DNA of 64,000 bases, from the NCBI GenBank assembly GCA_040954595.2, contig CM082582.2, positions 11,900,415 through 11,964,414 on the forward strand, written 5' to 3'. Positions within the stretch are counted from its first letter, which is position 1, and each line of letters opens with the position of its first letter. The stretch is from Balanoglossus misakiensis (Eukaryota > Animalia > Hemichordata). Positions 52,004 through 64,000 of the stretch are shown in pieces. Position numbers and translations under genes: made by a program. The notes below the pieces were generated by a model. That model had not been told where the DNA came from. It ran no database searches and was given only the letters and a program-made list of their open reading frames with translations.

Positions 52004-53200
52004 AACAATTTACTTTATGACCATCACGGTCCCACCATCATAGTTGTGCCTGGTACAGGTTTCCTTCTTCTCTCCACCAAGTAAAAATCTGGATTGGTTT
52101 AATCACGGTCTGTGGAGTGACCATGATTTAATCACATTATCCATGCATGATATGTGTGTGGCTACATGGCCTTGTGCTCTGAAGATATAAAGTTCACTCC
52201 TCTTATTTACATACATGTACTATGTCCATTCATAGTTGTGTTCACAATGTGATTATGTGGTTGATGTTATGTACCTTTTCTCAAGTGAAAGTCTGTGATT
52301 GGTTGGATCGCCTTTATTGCAGGTATTCATGACTAGATTTTATAGCATTGCAGCCTAGTGACCTTATTATGCAGTTAAGGTTAGTGCAACTGGGTCAATG
52401 TCGAATACTTAAGAAGGTTATACCGTACTCTTACAGCTCTATGAGCACCTGTTTGAATAAGAGTGAGTTCAGTTGGACACAGAACAATCACTTATTTTAA
52501 AGACTGCCTTTCCATACGACTCAAAGTAGGGATAGCTAGTAAGGTTTTTGACTCATCTTTGGGAAATTATGATTGAGAAGGTGCAAAAAGAATTTTCTAA
52601 GCTATTAATTAAATCTTTTTTGCTGATTTTAAATACAACAATGAAGAAAGTGAGAGTTTTATGAATTTTTAATATTAATATTATTATTCAGGTAAAATTG
52701 GAATACAAAATACACATGTTGAATGTCATTTAGAGTCAATGCCCTTACCTAAAGTTATCAAGAACAGCGGTCACCTTAAAACAACCTGTCATTGCAATGT
52801 GACTTGAAGTGAGTTGAGGACACTGGACTTTGATCACATGGTATAAATACTCAGAGCAAAGCTTGCCTGTGTAAACCACAGTCTGTGTGTACTGTAAATT
52901 TAAGCAAACATTTATAAGTTGGTATAAATCATCTATAACGTCAGTGGAAATTAGGACAAAGGTAAAATATCCAGTGTGATCATATAATATCACAAGTTCT
53001 AGTCCATATTGAAAAAGAAGTTGGCAGTCTGTCATGTAGTCTTAGAAAGTTAATTGATTCAAAATATTCTGTATTTTCAATACAACTGTTTCAGTGGTTT
53101 TTAGTTGGACAGGTATGTAATCTTCAAAATCATAAATTATTGATTCATATTATATTAACCGCATGGTTGGTTTGCTGATTAGCAATGGAATTCATAGCAG

Positions 53201-53257
53201 TGACCTTTCTTCTCTCTCTCTAAGGTGTCACACCTTAGAGAGAGAGAAGAAAGGTCA
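53201..53257. repeat. Perfect 28-bp-arm palindrome
   Basis: TGACCTTTCTTCTCTCTCTCTAAGGTGT-C-ACACCTTAGAGAGAGAGAAGAAAGGTCA. Confidence 0.95.
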
Positions 53258-54771
53258 TTTTTGTTTCTTCATGCACTACACAAGCACTTTTAGTAAGAGC
53301 TGCTTTCCCTTTGGTGCTACATTCACTGATTGGGGGAAATGTACCAGAATGTAGTAATTTTTGCTGTAAGAGAAACATGAATACACATACCTTTGAATTA
53401 ATATTCAACTATATAAATTATTGTGGTCTTGTAAATATCAAGTCATAAAGCCTTTAGGAAAACCTTCCATACATTCACTAAACCCTGAAAAACATTGCAT
53501 GCGCTTGGTTTCACTAATAATTAATAATTTGGTTTAGAATTAAGACAGGTATTATAAATCAAGCAACTTATGTTAATTGCTTATGATTCAGTCGAGGGAC
53601 ACCCATATCCCCAAAATCGGCCACTAAGAAACGGATGAAAATTCTCGGCTGTTTATTAGTCAATCCGTCAATTGCTTTTTATATTGGCACTAAATTTATC
53701 AACCAATGAAAAGCAACAGCTGGTACCGCTGTGGCAAAGTCTGCTCGTGTTGTCTTGAGGCTGCTTCCCTCCAGGTACTGTACACAGCCAGCTAGGTCTT
53801 ATATGACAGCCCAATAAATAACCTGCTGATTGCTTTATGTCCACAAAAATTGGTTCTTCTTGACATCAGAACTGTGACCTTTTATTAAACAGTGACTGAG
53901 TGTATTGTCCAAGTCCTATAAACTGCCGCTTGATTTATGTTTCTATTGGGTTCATAGCTTACATATAAAATACATATCTTGTCTGTTATCAAAATAGAGT
54001 ATATTGCGAGACATTCTTGGTCGAGTTATGCGCCACACGGTATGTCTTGACGCATCTGTCCCGTCATGTATGGTTAGTAACGCACGTTATCGTGTGTACT
54101 CTTGTACTTTTTAATTATTGATACAGAACTTGGTCTTCGTAAAATGTGTGCGTATTATTTTATATGCCAGCTTGATTTCTCTGTGACTTTTAATACTAGA
54201 CTAAACCTTGATTCATAGGGAGTTCCTACCTTAGTTTAACGTCGATCTTAGCAATCTTGCAAGTTTATGTGTCTATCCTTGAAATCTGGCAAGTTCGGCC
54301 ACTGTGTTTACTTACGCAAAACAAGCATTTTCTGTCAACATTGTGGCTAAGGTGTGATAAAATTATCATGCTTTATGAATGTGAGCGCTACTTTGACTTA
54401 GATTTGATTGGCTTTGGTGATTGGATAGTTCCTTATGAGCGAGACACATGTAAGATGAAAACTTATCATCCGTTTTGATGTTGGTCTGTCTGGCTACCTG
54501 TCTGTGTTTGTTTTGTCTGTCTTTCTGTCTGTACTTGTGTGTCTATGTGATGTACGCATGACTGGAGGATGAAACATCATCGAAGCCAGTGTTTTGTATT
54601 TTTTGTCCGCGTTTGATGACAAGTCAATAACTTTTATGAATGTTCATAAATATTGGTTTTAGTTTGTCATGTTCTGCCAGACTTCAAATGGCTTAAGCTC
54701 TCACAGTGGATTTTTTTCTCTTTGTCTTTTTTCCAGGAGTAAAAGATAACCGGAATGGGACAGATATTAGG

Positions 54772-57700
54772 ATGGGATTGGTGGTTTTCCAGCATTTTTC
54801 AGTCTTGTTGTTCTTGCTATGTTGCTACTCCATCCCCATTGCTGCCATCTCTATAGGTAAGTTTATTGAGGATTACTAGTATCCTTTAACCTGAGTTATC
54901 TGCAATCCGTGTCAAATGATCCTTGAGGGATGTAGGAAGTTTTTGCAATCACAACTCGGATAGGGTTAGAGTAGGAGAGGAATTTTCCAGGCAGTGATCT
55001 TTGTGAACTTCAAGTGAGAATTAGTCATTTGGAAAGTCCCCCCAAAACTGCTGAAGTGATTTTCGTTTCTGTGTTATTAAGCCATCAGTCACATTTTCTA
55101 TGAGAAGCGTGGGTTTGCTTCATCTTGTAAACAACAACAAAAATGTTCATTCTAACTTCTGATGCTTTTTTGTTTCCCTAAAATAAAAATTGTTAAAAAA
55201 TAAGTTAAATTAAATTGAAATTCTAGATGACTAGGGAATTCAAATTTATGTTTTTCTGCTTCTTGACGAAAGGGGATGTTGTGTCCATGTTTAGTGGGAA
55301 CTTCATGCGGGTTGGAAATTTATCAGTAACTATGATCAAATATGACTCGTCAATTCGGGTCAGTCTGCGATGTCTCCATTTGTGAAGAATACATATATAT
55401 GGCCATGTAAACCCATAAATTACAAAGATTGCATTCCAAAGTCATACAATGATACCCTTCCTTATCACACCATCATATTTATTAATAAATAATTCCCACT
55501 TTGGTCTGGTACTTTGATACTTATAATTCATATCTCTTTCTTTCAGTTTGCCACATTTATGATATAAAAGGGGGAAAAATAGGATTTAAAAATGGGTAGT
55601 GTATTAATAGAAGTAATTCATCACAATTTAAACAGTGACATTTATATACCAGCATTACAGATTTATAATTGAAAAGTATCAAAGTTTACATTAAGTGGAT
55701 CGGTCTCACCTTTGTGGAGTGACCGTGGCAGAAAGTGACCACCACACCCAAATTGTCATTTAAAAGTTTAAACTTCCTCACCTTCAGAGAGCTCTATTAA
55801 AGTTTTCTCTTCTCAAGGTTTTATATTTTTGTGGTTTGTCAGGTAGATCAGGAGACAAGATTGACCAAATAGTACATGTTTTGCAAACTGTTTACAGAAG
55901 AAAAACTGGTTAAAGGTTATCATGATATCTGCAAGTCGTGCAGAAACATGCAAGACTGCTTTTGAAGCATTTCTGATTCAGTAGCTCATGAATGCTGAAT
56001 GCCAATGTTGAAATCTTGTTTCAAACTATATGCAAATCATAAGCCTGAGTATAATCTGTCAGAGAACTATTAAATACAATATGGTATATCCATCAGGGTT
56101 GTTATTGACACTGTATATATACAGTATATACCGGGGTAAGTCCTCACCTCCACAGCACACATTCTCAAAACTTATGTTTTTTTTTGTCATTTTCAGATAT
56201 ATGTGAAAGTATTACAAAGACACTGCAGGCTGATTCTCACGGTTACATAACTTCACCAAATTATCCTGATCGATATGATTCTGATCGGACATGTCCTTTG
56301 AAGTTAGTGGCTCCTGAGGGCTACTTCATTGCAGTACACTTTCTTACCTTTCAGTTGGAACAATGTGAATCTTGCCGGTAAGTTTAAAAAGTACTAAAAT
56401 TAGGGTGGTTTTATGGCGGGTCTGCCCGGAAAGTTTTATTAAAGCTCAGTCATGTAGAGTTCAGGTGGTACTTCTTTTACTGGACAGTATATACCATTAA
56501 TAATCACTGGATGAATGTTCATGCAGGTATAATCAGTCTGTCTAAATTTAAAACTGTTTGCGACCAAGGATATAGTGTCATATATTTTGTAAATTTGAAT
56601 ATGCAAATTTGTTTATGTAGCTGGCTGACTGCACATGAACTTCACCAACAAACAACTGTCAAGTTTATGTAGTTGTTGTATCAACATCTCAAGAGTATCA
56701 AGGTCATTTCCATCAAAACAACCACTTGACCCTTGAATGTCCTGAAAGAGTCAATTGTCCAGTTTTCTTTCAGGCAGTTAATATGAAAGTGCTATTCCAT
56801 GGGCTAATACATCTATCTTGATGAAGTAGCCATCTTTGATAAGTCACATGATATGAGAAAATACATGTGGATCAATGCGTACAAAAGAATAGGTGTATTT
56901 CTATTTTACACACATGGTGTTGTTTGTATCACAAACCTTTCACTAATATATCATTGTATTTTTCCTGTGTTTGTTCTACAGCTGTGATTCACTGACGATA
57001 GTTAATGATATAACGTTTGATGACAGCACTGCTGTATGGGGAACTAATCACTGTGGTCATCAACTGCCTGACGATATTGTCACTGAAGAAAACATATTAA
57101 AATTATATTTTAGTTCTGATCTCACTGTTAATTCATTGGGATTTAAAATGGAGTTCATTGTCATTCCAGATAAAGATGAAGGTGAGTCTGTCATCTAAAT
57201 TTAAAGAAGTAATTGCAGAATCTGACGTTTTTGTCAAATGTGAACTGTTGTGACTGTTCAATACAGAATTCAGTAGACATGATCGTAACACTCACCACAT
57301 AAATCTACCAGTTGATACAGCTTGATAAATTGGTTCAATAATACCTGTGTATCATTCCAGCTCCAGGTATCAATTATATAAAAGGAAACCCACTGGACGT
57401 CTCCAACAGTAAAGGAAACATTTCAAGCATCAGCTTCCCAGATGTTTACCCCACCAATGTACACAGCATTTACCACCTGCAAGTCAAAAGCACACCACTT
57501 CTTGGACCACAAGGATACGTTAGAATATTGTTTGACGATTTCCAGTTGGAAGATACAGGAGAGTCCTGCTTGCATTATCTCAAGGTCAGTTTTGCCCATT
57601 CAACACAACCTTACTTTCACAGAACCATGTATGAATCTGTTTGTTTTAGTTTCTGTAAGTTGTTTTGCTCCCATGCATATACATGTAATATTATTGTATT

Positions 57701-60700
57701 ACCATGAGGAAAATGACACATTTTTAATAGTCTGTCAAAATTACTAAAATACAGATTTATGTGACAGGACTTCTGCGTTAAAATAGTACATTGACCATTT
57801 ATGAAGTGCCCTCTTTCCTGGCCAATAAAGTCACAAGCCTTTCCTTATAGCCTTTGGCATTTAATTAAGCACTTCATGCAGGCTCTATGTTGGTAACTGA
57901 AAAATTATCGTAGTTCTGTTATTGTATCGACTGGGTTACTTACTCATTTTGATTTCCCAATCTGAACTAGAACATTCACATTCTACTGTGATTAATACGC
58001 TCAAGTGTTGTTGACATGCTGAGTATTTTTTAAAGTGATGACCATCTTGCCACTGCTTGAAGATGCCACACACAGCTTTCGACACTCTAAGTACACTGTT
58101 CTCTGTTACAAATGATGTCATTGGTGATACACTTTCAGTGGCAGGGCTGTGAACCCCTGTCTTGTGTATGACATTTTTATCACTTGCAAAGTAGGCAAAG
58201 AAAGTTTGCGTTTGTCAGGTTACTGTAAATTTTAACACTAATTCATGTGTATTAGGTTGGTGGTATTGAAACCAGTGTCGTTGAGGTCACAAGAACTGTT
58301 CTGGCCTTGAAATATAATATATTGAAATATTGAGCATGGCACTGGGCACGTCGAATCATAAATCTATGTAGATTGCTTTGAAATTGACATAGCTGGTGCC
58401 TTTGTAACTGTTCCTATGACGACAAGCTCTCACACCGGACATTCTGGAGTGTGAAGTTGACTCTGTTAGAGATTGATGGCTTCGTCGTGTGGTCGGTTGT
58501 ATGCCGTACGTTCGATACCTGCGGTTTAACATTCATAACCACTGGCTATAAATATTAAACATGATTATTTGACACTCATAAATCTTTTTTTAATTACAAA
58601 CCCACAGATTTGGGACTCAGCAGAGCAGAATGATACAACGCTTGTTGGCAAGTTCTGTGGCAATCAGCGTCCGTCAGCTTTCCAATCTACAGGACCAGCT
58701 GTTGTTATCTCATTTTTTGCCTACAATAACACGGTTGGTCGGGGATTCAAACTTTCCTACGAATTTGTCACAGGTATGATAGACCATGAATTTTTACATT
58801 TTACTTCTCAGAAAGAAAATGAATCAACTGTCAAATGAAAGAATGGCAAACAAATGTGATGCAAAAAAAACAAAGTGCCTGTACCATCTGGTCATCTTAA
58901 ACACTTCCTTCTCCTCTGAACATTAATTTATTCAATTATTCTCCATCCATGATGAAAATTAAGCTTCTCTTGTATTTTTCCATTCCTACTGAAACATGCT
59001 TAAATGTTACCATAGTCACCAAGAGAACCCTAACCTTGTCATGTACTGATGCAGGCAGCTGTGAGCAAGTTATAGTGACAGTTTCTCATGTCAAGTATTT
59101 GCTGGACAAACACTGGGTACATAGTGAAAAGAGAAGTGTTGCCATCCAAGTCGTGTGGTCATCCTCATAAATTAATTTTGGAAAGAAGATTGTGTATTTT
59201 GTGAGGACATTTACAATTTCCGCTTGCCAACTATAAGTTCCATTGGCCACATGTTTAGCTTATAGGCGTGAAAGATTCATAGCTTAATTGCTCTTCCCAC
59301 TGTCGTCTCCACTCAATTGACAGGAGACAGTTTAATTAAAGCAACTGCTGTTTTGGCTGAGAAAACCTGTGTACTAAAGGCAAATGACCAGTCTGTCACT
59401 GCTAAGTGAAGTTTCGGTGATGACTCATGATATCTGAGTTTCTAAAAGTACCAGCTGCACACATGAGTGCGTGTGTGGCTGCCATGTGTTTTGGGGAACT
59501 CCGCCACACTTCTGTTCCAACCCCTGTCATTCAGTGTGTCTAACCAAGACTACATGTATTTTTGGAAATCTTGAACTTTGCAATGCACGTTTCTCCAATT
59601 GATTTCCTACTTGTACATAAATCATTTGACAACCAATGACTTTGAAACTATTGCCATCATAAATCCTCACCTGAATAACCCACAGTTCAGGATATATGAT
59701 TTAATTGCTTTGTGATTTATATTCAGTGCTGCTTGTTCAGTTCAATATATTACACTCTCAGTGACCTTCATTTCTTTTCTTTCTTTATTTGCTTCAGATG
59801 TGAGGTGGCCAAATAAACCACACACAGGTATGTAATGTTTACAAGAAAATCTATTATGGAACCAAATCCATTTTTATGCATTAAAGGCACACAGAAGCCC
59901 ATGCAAATTTAGCTTCAATTACCATGGAAAGAAGGAATCTAGCCAATCAGAATTTTGTAGTGTAGCCATGTGAAAGTGTATGTAAATGTGCAAATTTTGC
60001 AGACAGGCATGTCACAAAAATATCACCTCTTAAACATATGTTCTCTTTTTCGTTCTAGATTGTGGTGCTCATATATTAAATCCCCTTGGTGGTGTATTAG
60101 AAAAACATCCCTCAGCTGATGTGTCTGTTCAAACATATCTGTATTATGATTGCATTTGGGTTATATCCGCACCCATTGGTGAAAGGATTCTTATCTATGC
60201 CCAGCAGTTTCCAATTGCAGGTAAGAATATAAATCATGATAGCTGACAAACCAGATAATACCCATGTGCATTTCAATCATGAAATAACTGTTATCACCTG
60301 GAATGGAATTCTTTTCCTAACTTCTTCTTTGTATCTGTTCTGCTTGATACCAGCATTGGAAGGAAGTGTGAATTTCCTGGCAATACACAACGGAGTGACA
60401 TCGGAATCTCCGGTACTTACCACGGAATATAGCTCCTGGAAGTCACCTGTAGTGAGTGCCAATAACCAACTCTATATCAGATTTAAAGCCTGGTTCAAAA
60501 GCACAGACCGACTGCTTGCCATATACGCTGCCTTTTCATCAGCGAGTAAGTAAAAATAATCTTTCCTTTGATTTGCCCTTGTTTTTATTAATATTAGTTA
60601 GACAAAAAACTAAAAAAAGCCTCAATTCTCAATGTCATTTCTGTTTCCTGTACAGATGATGGATCTTGTCTCAACGGTTTCTTCTTCTGTGGAGTAAGCA

Positions 60701-63062
60701 GATGCATACACTCTTCTCTGGTCTGTGATGGATTCAACCACTGTCAGGAGAACGGCCAGGTGGCCGACGAAGACAATTGTCTGCACAGTACTACAGGTGA
60801 TAAACCAAATCGTGAGTGTTATAATCATCATAGCATATACCAAGTCATCTCATCCGTGTTGGTCGTTTCTCAGTTTCTTCAAAGTCATTTTTGTCCACTG
60901 CTGATGCATCCCACACTTCGTACAAGTCCACTTGTTCCATTCATTTTGTCAACAGTGTCTGCGTGAGTTTAAGATGCACCTTCACATTAAGATAATAAAT
61001 ACCCATGGTTGTATGATTCAGTTTAATATTATTGGCCAGGCTGGTAATAGATATGACCGATGATGATCATCATTCTTCATAAAAATCAACTTAATCTGGT
61101 GAATATTAATGTTATGCAGGTTTTAAAATCAGTTATTATATGTCATCTTTGTTTTTCACAAATGAGATCAGTTCATTCTACAAATAAAGATCACAAAGTA
61201 TATAGCTGGCATGGGGTATCCATTAATCACATAGATTCCAGCTTATGAGCATTCTCCACACAATTTCATTCATTTTCACATTCAACTGTCGAGTGCGCCA
61301 CCAAGCATCAAAGGCAACTTTTTGTTCGCACACTCACACTCACTCACATACATACACATGAAAGACACATTAGTTGCTGGTACTTGCAGTAGATAGTTCA
61401 AAACTAATTCAGCCCTTCCAACAAAGTCATAAGAATTAGCTTAATCCATCTAGAACATTACAACTAGCACATTAACCTATATCTTGTGTTGACTGTAGAA
61501 CTGGCCTGCTTAATTCAAATAGATTTAGAACCAGCTTAATAATTAGATTAGACTTAGAGTAGGTAGCTTAATTAGGTTAGTCTGAAGCTGTTGTTTGTAT
61601 TAGACAAACTCACTGCATGTCCCAAAGCGCACAAAAAGTGTGAGTGGCTGTTGGACACAAAATGGGCAACCTTTCTGAAAAAGGCTTTATTCAGAGTCTG
61701 TCAAGAGCCCTGCCGTCAACCCAGACTGGTTTGATCAATTATAGTTTATCTCAGCTGAAAGCCTGATACTCAATCGAAATTTTCTTGGATATTTTGTCTC
61801 TAGCAGGTGCCAGTTCAGGGATCTCAGATGTAGGGCAAAACAGCACTTCTAATGAAGATCCTTCTGTTACAGACGGTCCAGGCGTCAGTGCAGATGTTAT
61901 GTACACTGTCAGTGCTGTCTCAGTCTTCTCTATGATGTTTCTCTTAGTTCTCATCAGTGCCAAGATTTGGATGAACAAACGTAGACAGGAGAGAGCTAGA
62001 ACCAGGTCTTTCCTCAGCACAATCAGTGGCAGTCAAGGTATTTACTGATTTGTTTTTTCTCTGATTTCAATCTTTTTGTTAAGGACAGTTGTTTGCATGG
62101 TAGTGCATCAGGTAGGGTTGCTTGCTGTAATAATGTGTCACCAAGATATCGTGCAAAGCAACTTACCTGGTTCAAGTATAAAAAAACTAATTACTTTTTA
62201 ATGGCTGCGAAATATAAAAACAAACTTTCATTTATCTGTCTGTAATGCATTTGACAGATCAAACAATTGTATTACTTTATCTTCAGAAAACTTTGGTCAC
62301 AGGAGTTCGCGTCCTGATATTGAACTAGCAAGCAATGCATCTGTAAGTGTGACAACACATACGGGACCTATTTATATCAATCCAATATTTGAGGCACCTC
62401 CCTCCTATGAGCAAATAATGGGGCCAGTTCATGGAGAGGAAGTGCGTGAGAGATGCTACTCTATAGATCCTCCACCGTACACTGAAGACGAGCTGCCTGT
62501 CATGGCGCCGCTGTATGGGTCTGGTGGTGGTGTGGGGAGTGATCTGCTGTGTGAGAATATGCATGTGCAGGAGTTTGTGGACTCTGTGTCTGGGAGGCAG
62601 TGTTACCAGATTGGGGTGGAGAGGGAGGAGGAGGAAGAGATGGAGGAGGAGGAGGAGGAGGGACACGGTGGAACGGACACTGAGGGCAGCCTGCAGGCAG
62701 TCTTGCCACTCGCAAGCCTCCACCAATCATACGCCAGAACTGCCCATGACAGTGACAATGCGGTAATCATTGACCCGACTGGTGTTGAGCCAGCGATCGA
62801 CCAAAGTGATGCGGAAAATAACAACCTTACTGCCATGGCGACAGACAAGGGGCTGGTTGATGATGAGAAGGATGATGCACATGGTGATGATGACAGTGAT
62901 AAAGACAATAATTCGTGCATATTTGAGTCGTCAGCTTTGGTATCATTTTATGCAAAAGATGAGACAGAAGATATGGAGGACATAGAGGTGGATCCTGGGA
63001 CAGATGATTGTCAGCCTCCTTCACCTATTTATCATGCATCGGATATTGTTTATCACATCTAA
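54772..63062 (+). CDS. Type I membrane protein: signal, 3 CUB domains, LDLa repeat, TM helix, acidic tail with PPxY motifs (NETO/LEV-10-like architecture), about 801 aa
   Basis: Exons 54772-54856, 56197-56377, 56982-57181, 57361-57584, 58608-58773, 59798-59827, 60059-60220, 60354-60545, 60656-60811, 61804-62037, 62287-63062 (2406 nt). CUB motifs GYITSPNYPDRY, LVGKFCG..GRGFKLSY, YDCIWVISAP. LDLa CLNGFFFCGVSRCIHSSLVCDGFNHC..DEDNC. TM VMYTVSAVSVFSMMFLLVLISAKIWM followed by KRR. The frame stays open upstream of the ATG, so the true start is uncertain. Confidence 0.85.
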
Positions 63063-64000
63063 TTACAGAGATTTTTTTATTTGTGTTTAGGGGATTTATA
63101 AATTCCCTTTTTCAAAGCAATGAAGCCATGATAGGTATTGATTCTGCCATTTACAGCAATATGTGTCTAGTCCGTACATTTATTGAAGAGTGTAACCGTG
63201 AAGTCATCTTTTTCCAAATCAAAACGAAACAAGTCTGTGTGAGACTACATTCATTCAATTCAGGAAAATAAAATCCTTCATTAAGGGTTCTACATTGCCA
63301 CATAATTCAAACATTGCTGCCATCACATTTGACGATTGTGATCCCCATACTTGTCTTTAGCAGAGGCTTGCTTTAGAGACTACACATTCTTCAGTGTGCT
63401 GACAAAACATAGGAAGATGATTTGCAGATGTCAGACATAGCTGTAGTCTTGTAGTCTTACGTAGGCGTTTCAAGACAAAGAATATGTACGAATATCTTTG
63501 TCATTTTACACCGGGAACCAAAGCATTAATTATCATAATTTATAAAAATTTGATTTTTTCTTGCCATTTTATAAATTGATATAGATTTTATATGTTATTT
63601 CAGTGTTTAGATCTAAAGGATACCTAGTATAAAATTTTATCTTGTTAGCATCAGATTACATCCTCTTTGAACGTACGCAGTACAATTTTCACAATTCAAA
63701 GTGATGGATTTTATCAATTCACAAAATTTCTATTCCAGTTTTGAAGGCATATTATTGTTGATCTAATACCTAAGTGATGTACTCAGTATGTATGGCTATT
63801 TATTCCTGTAAAATATGCAAATTTTCACAGGAAATGTGAATGAAAAGCAGGTTGTCCAATCATGACAGGAAGACGATTACTTTATAATTTATGGAATTGT
63901 ATATATTTTGTACCAAATCAGGGGCATATCAGTACTAAAAAATTTTTTCCACCATATTGTGCAATGGTTAATCTCAAATCAAAGAATTGTCTCTACTCTG

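Noticed and set aside
54755-54856. Out-of-frame upstream ATG (33-aa ORF) overlapping the CUB signal peptide
   Set aside because: The 5' gene structure is unresolved because the main frame is open upstream, so a regulatory uORF cannot be claimed.
54879-54890. GTATCCTTTAAC near the start of CUB gene intron 1
   Set aside because: Its use would shift the frame, a strong U2 donor lies at 54857, and no U12 branch site is visible at the acceptor.

Overview
Intron-rich animal genomic DNA, probably from an invertebrate; the species cannot be determined from sequence alone. Six protein-coding genes lie on the + strand, assembled by hand from splice signals: the 3' part of EDC4, two small secreted 4-Cys-module peptide genes, a K-Cl cotransporter (SLC12A4-7/KCC family), an RGSL1-like gene and a CUB-CUB-CUB-LDLa single-pass membrane protein. 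Most provided ORFs are spurious or exon fragments. Main observations: (1) an intact tRNA-Ala(AGC) gene with a 30-nt intron at position 37/38, antisense in an RGSL1 intron; (2) five minor-spliceosome (U12-type) introns, four of them in the KCC gene; (3) two related secreted cysteine-rich peptide precursors, one with a signal/propeptide/KR layout, largely missed by the ORF track; (4) a 205-bp fold-back element containing head-to-head telomeric repeats. Family assignments rest on recalled protein motifs, not database searches.
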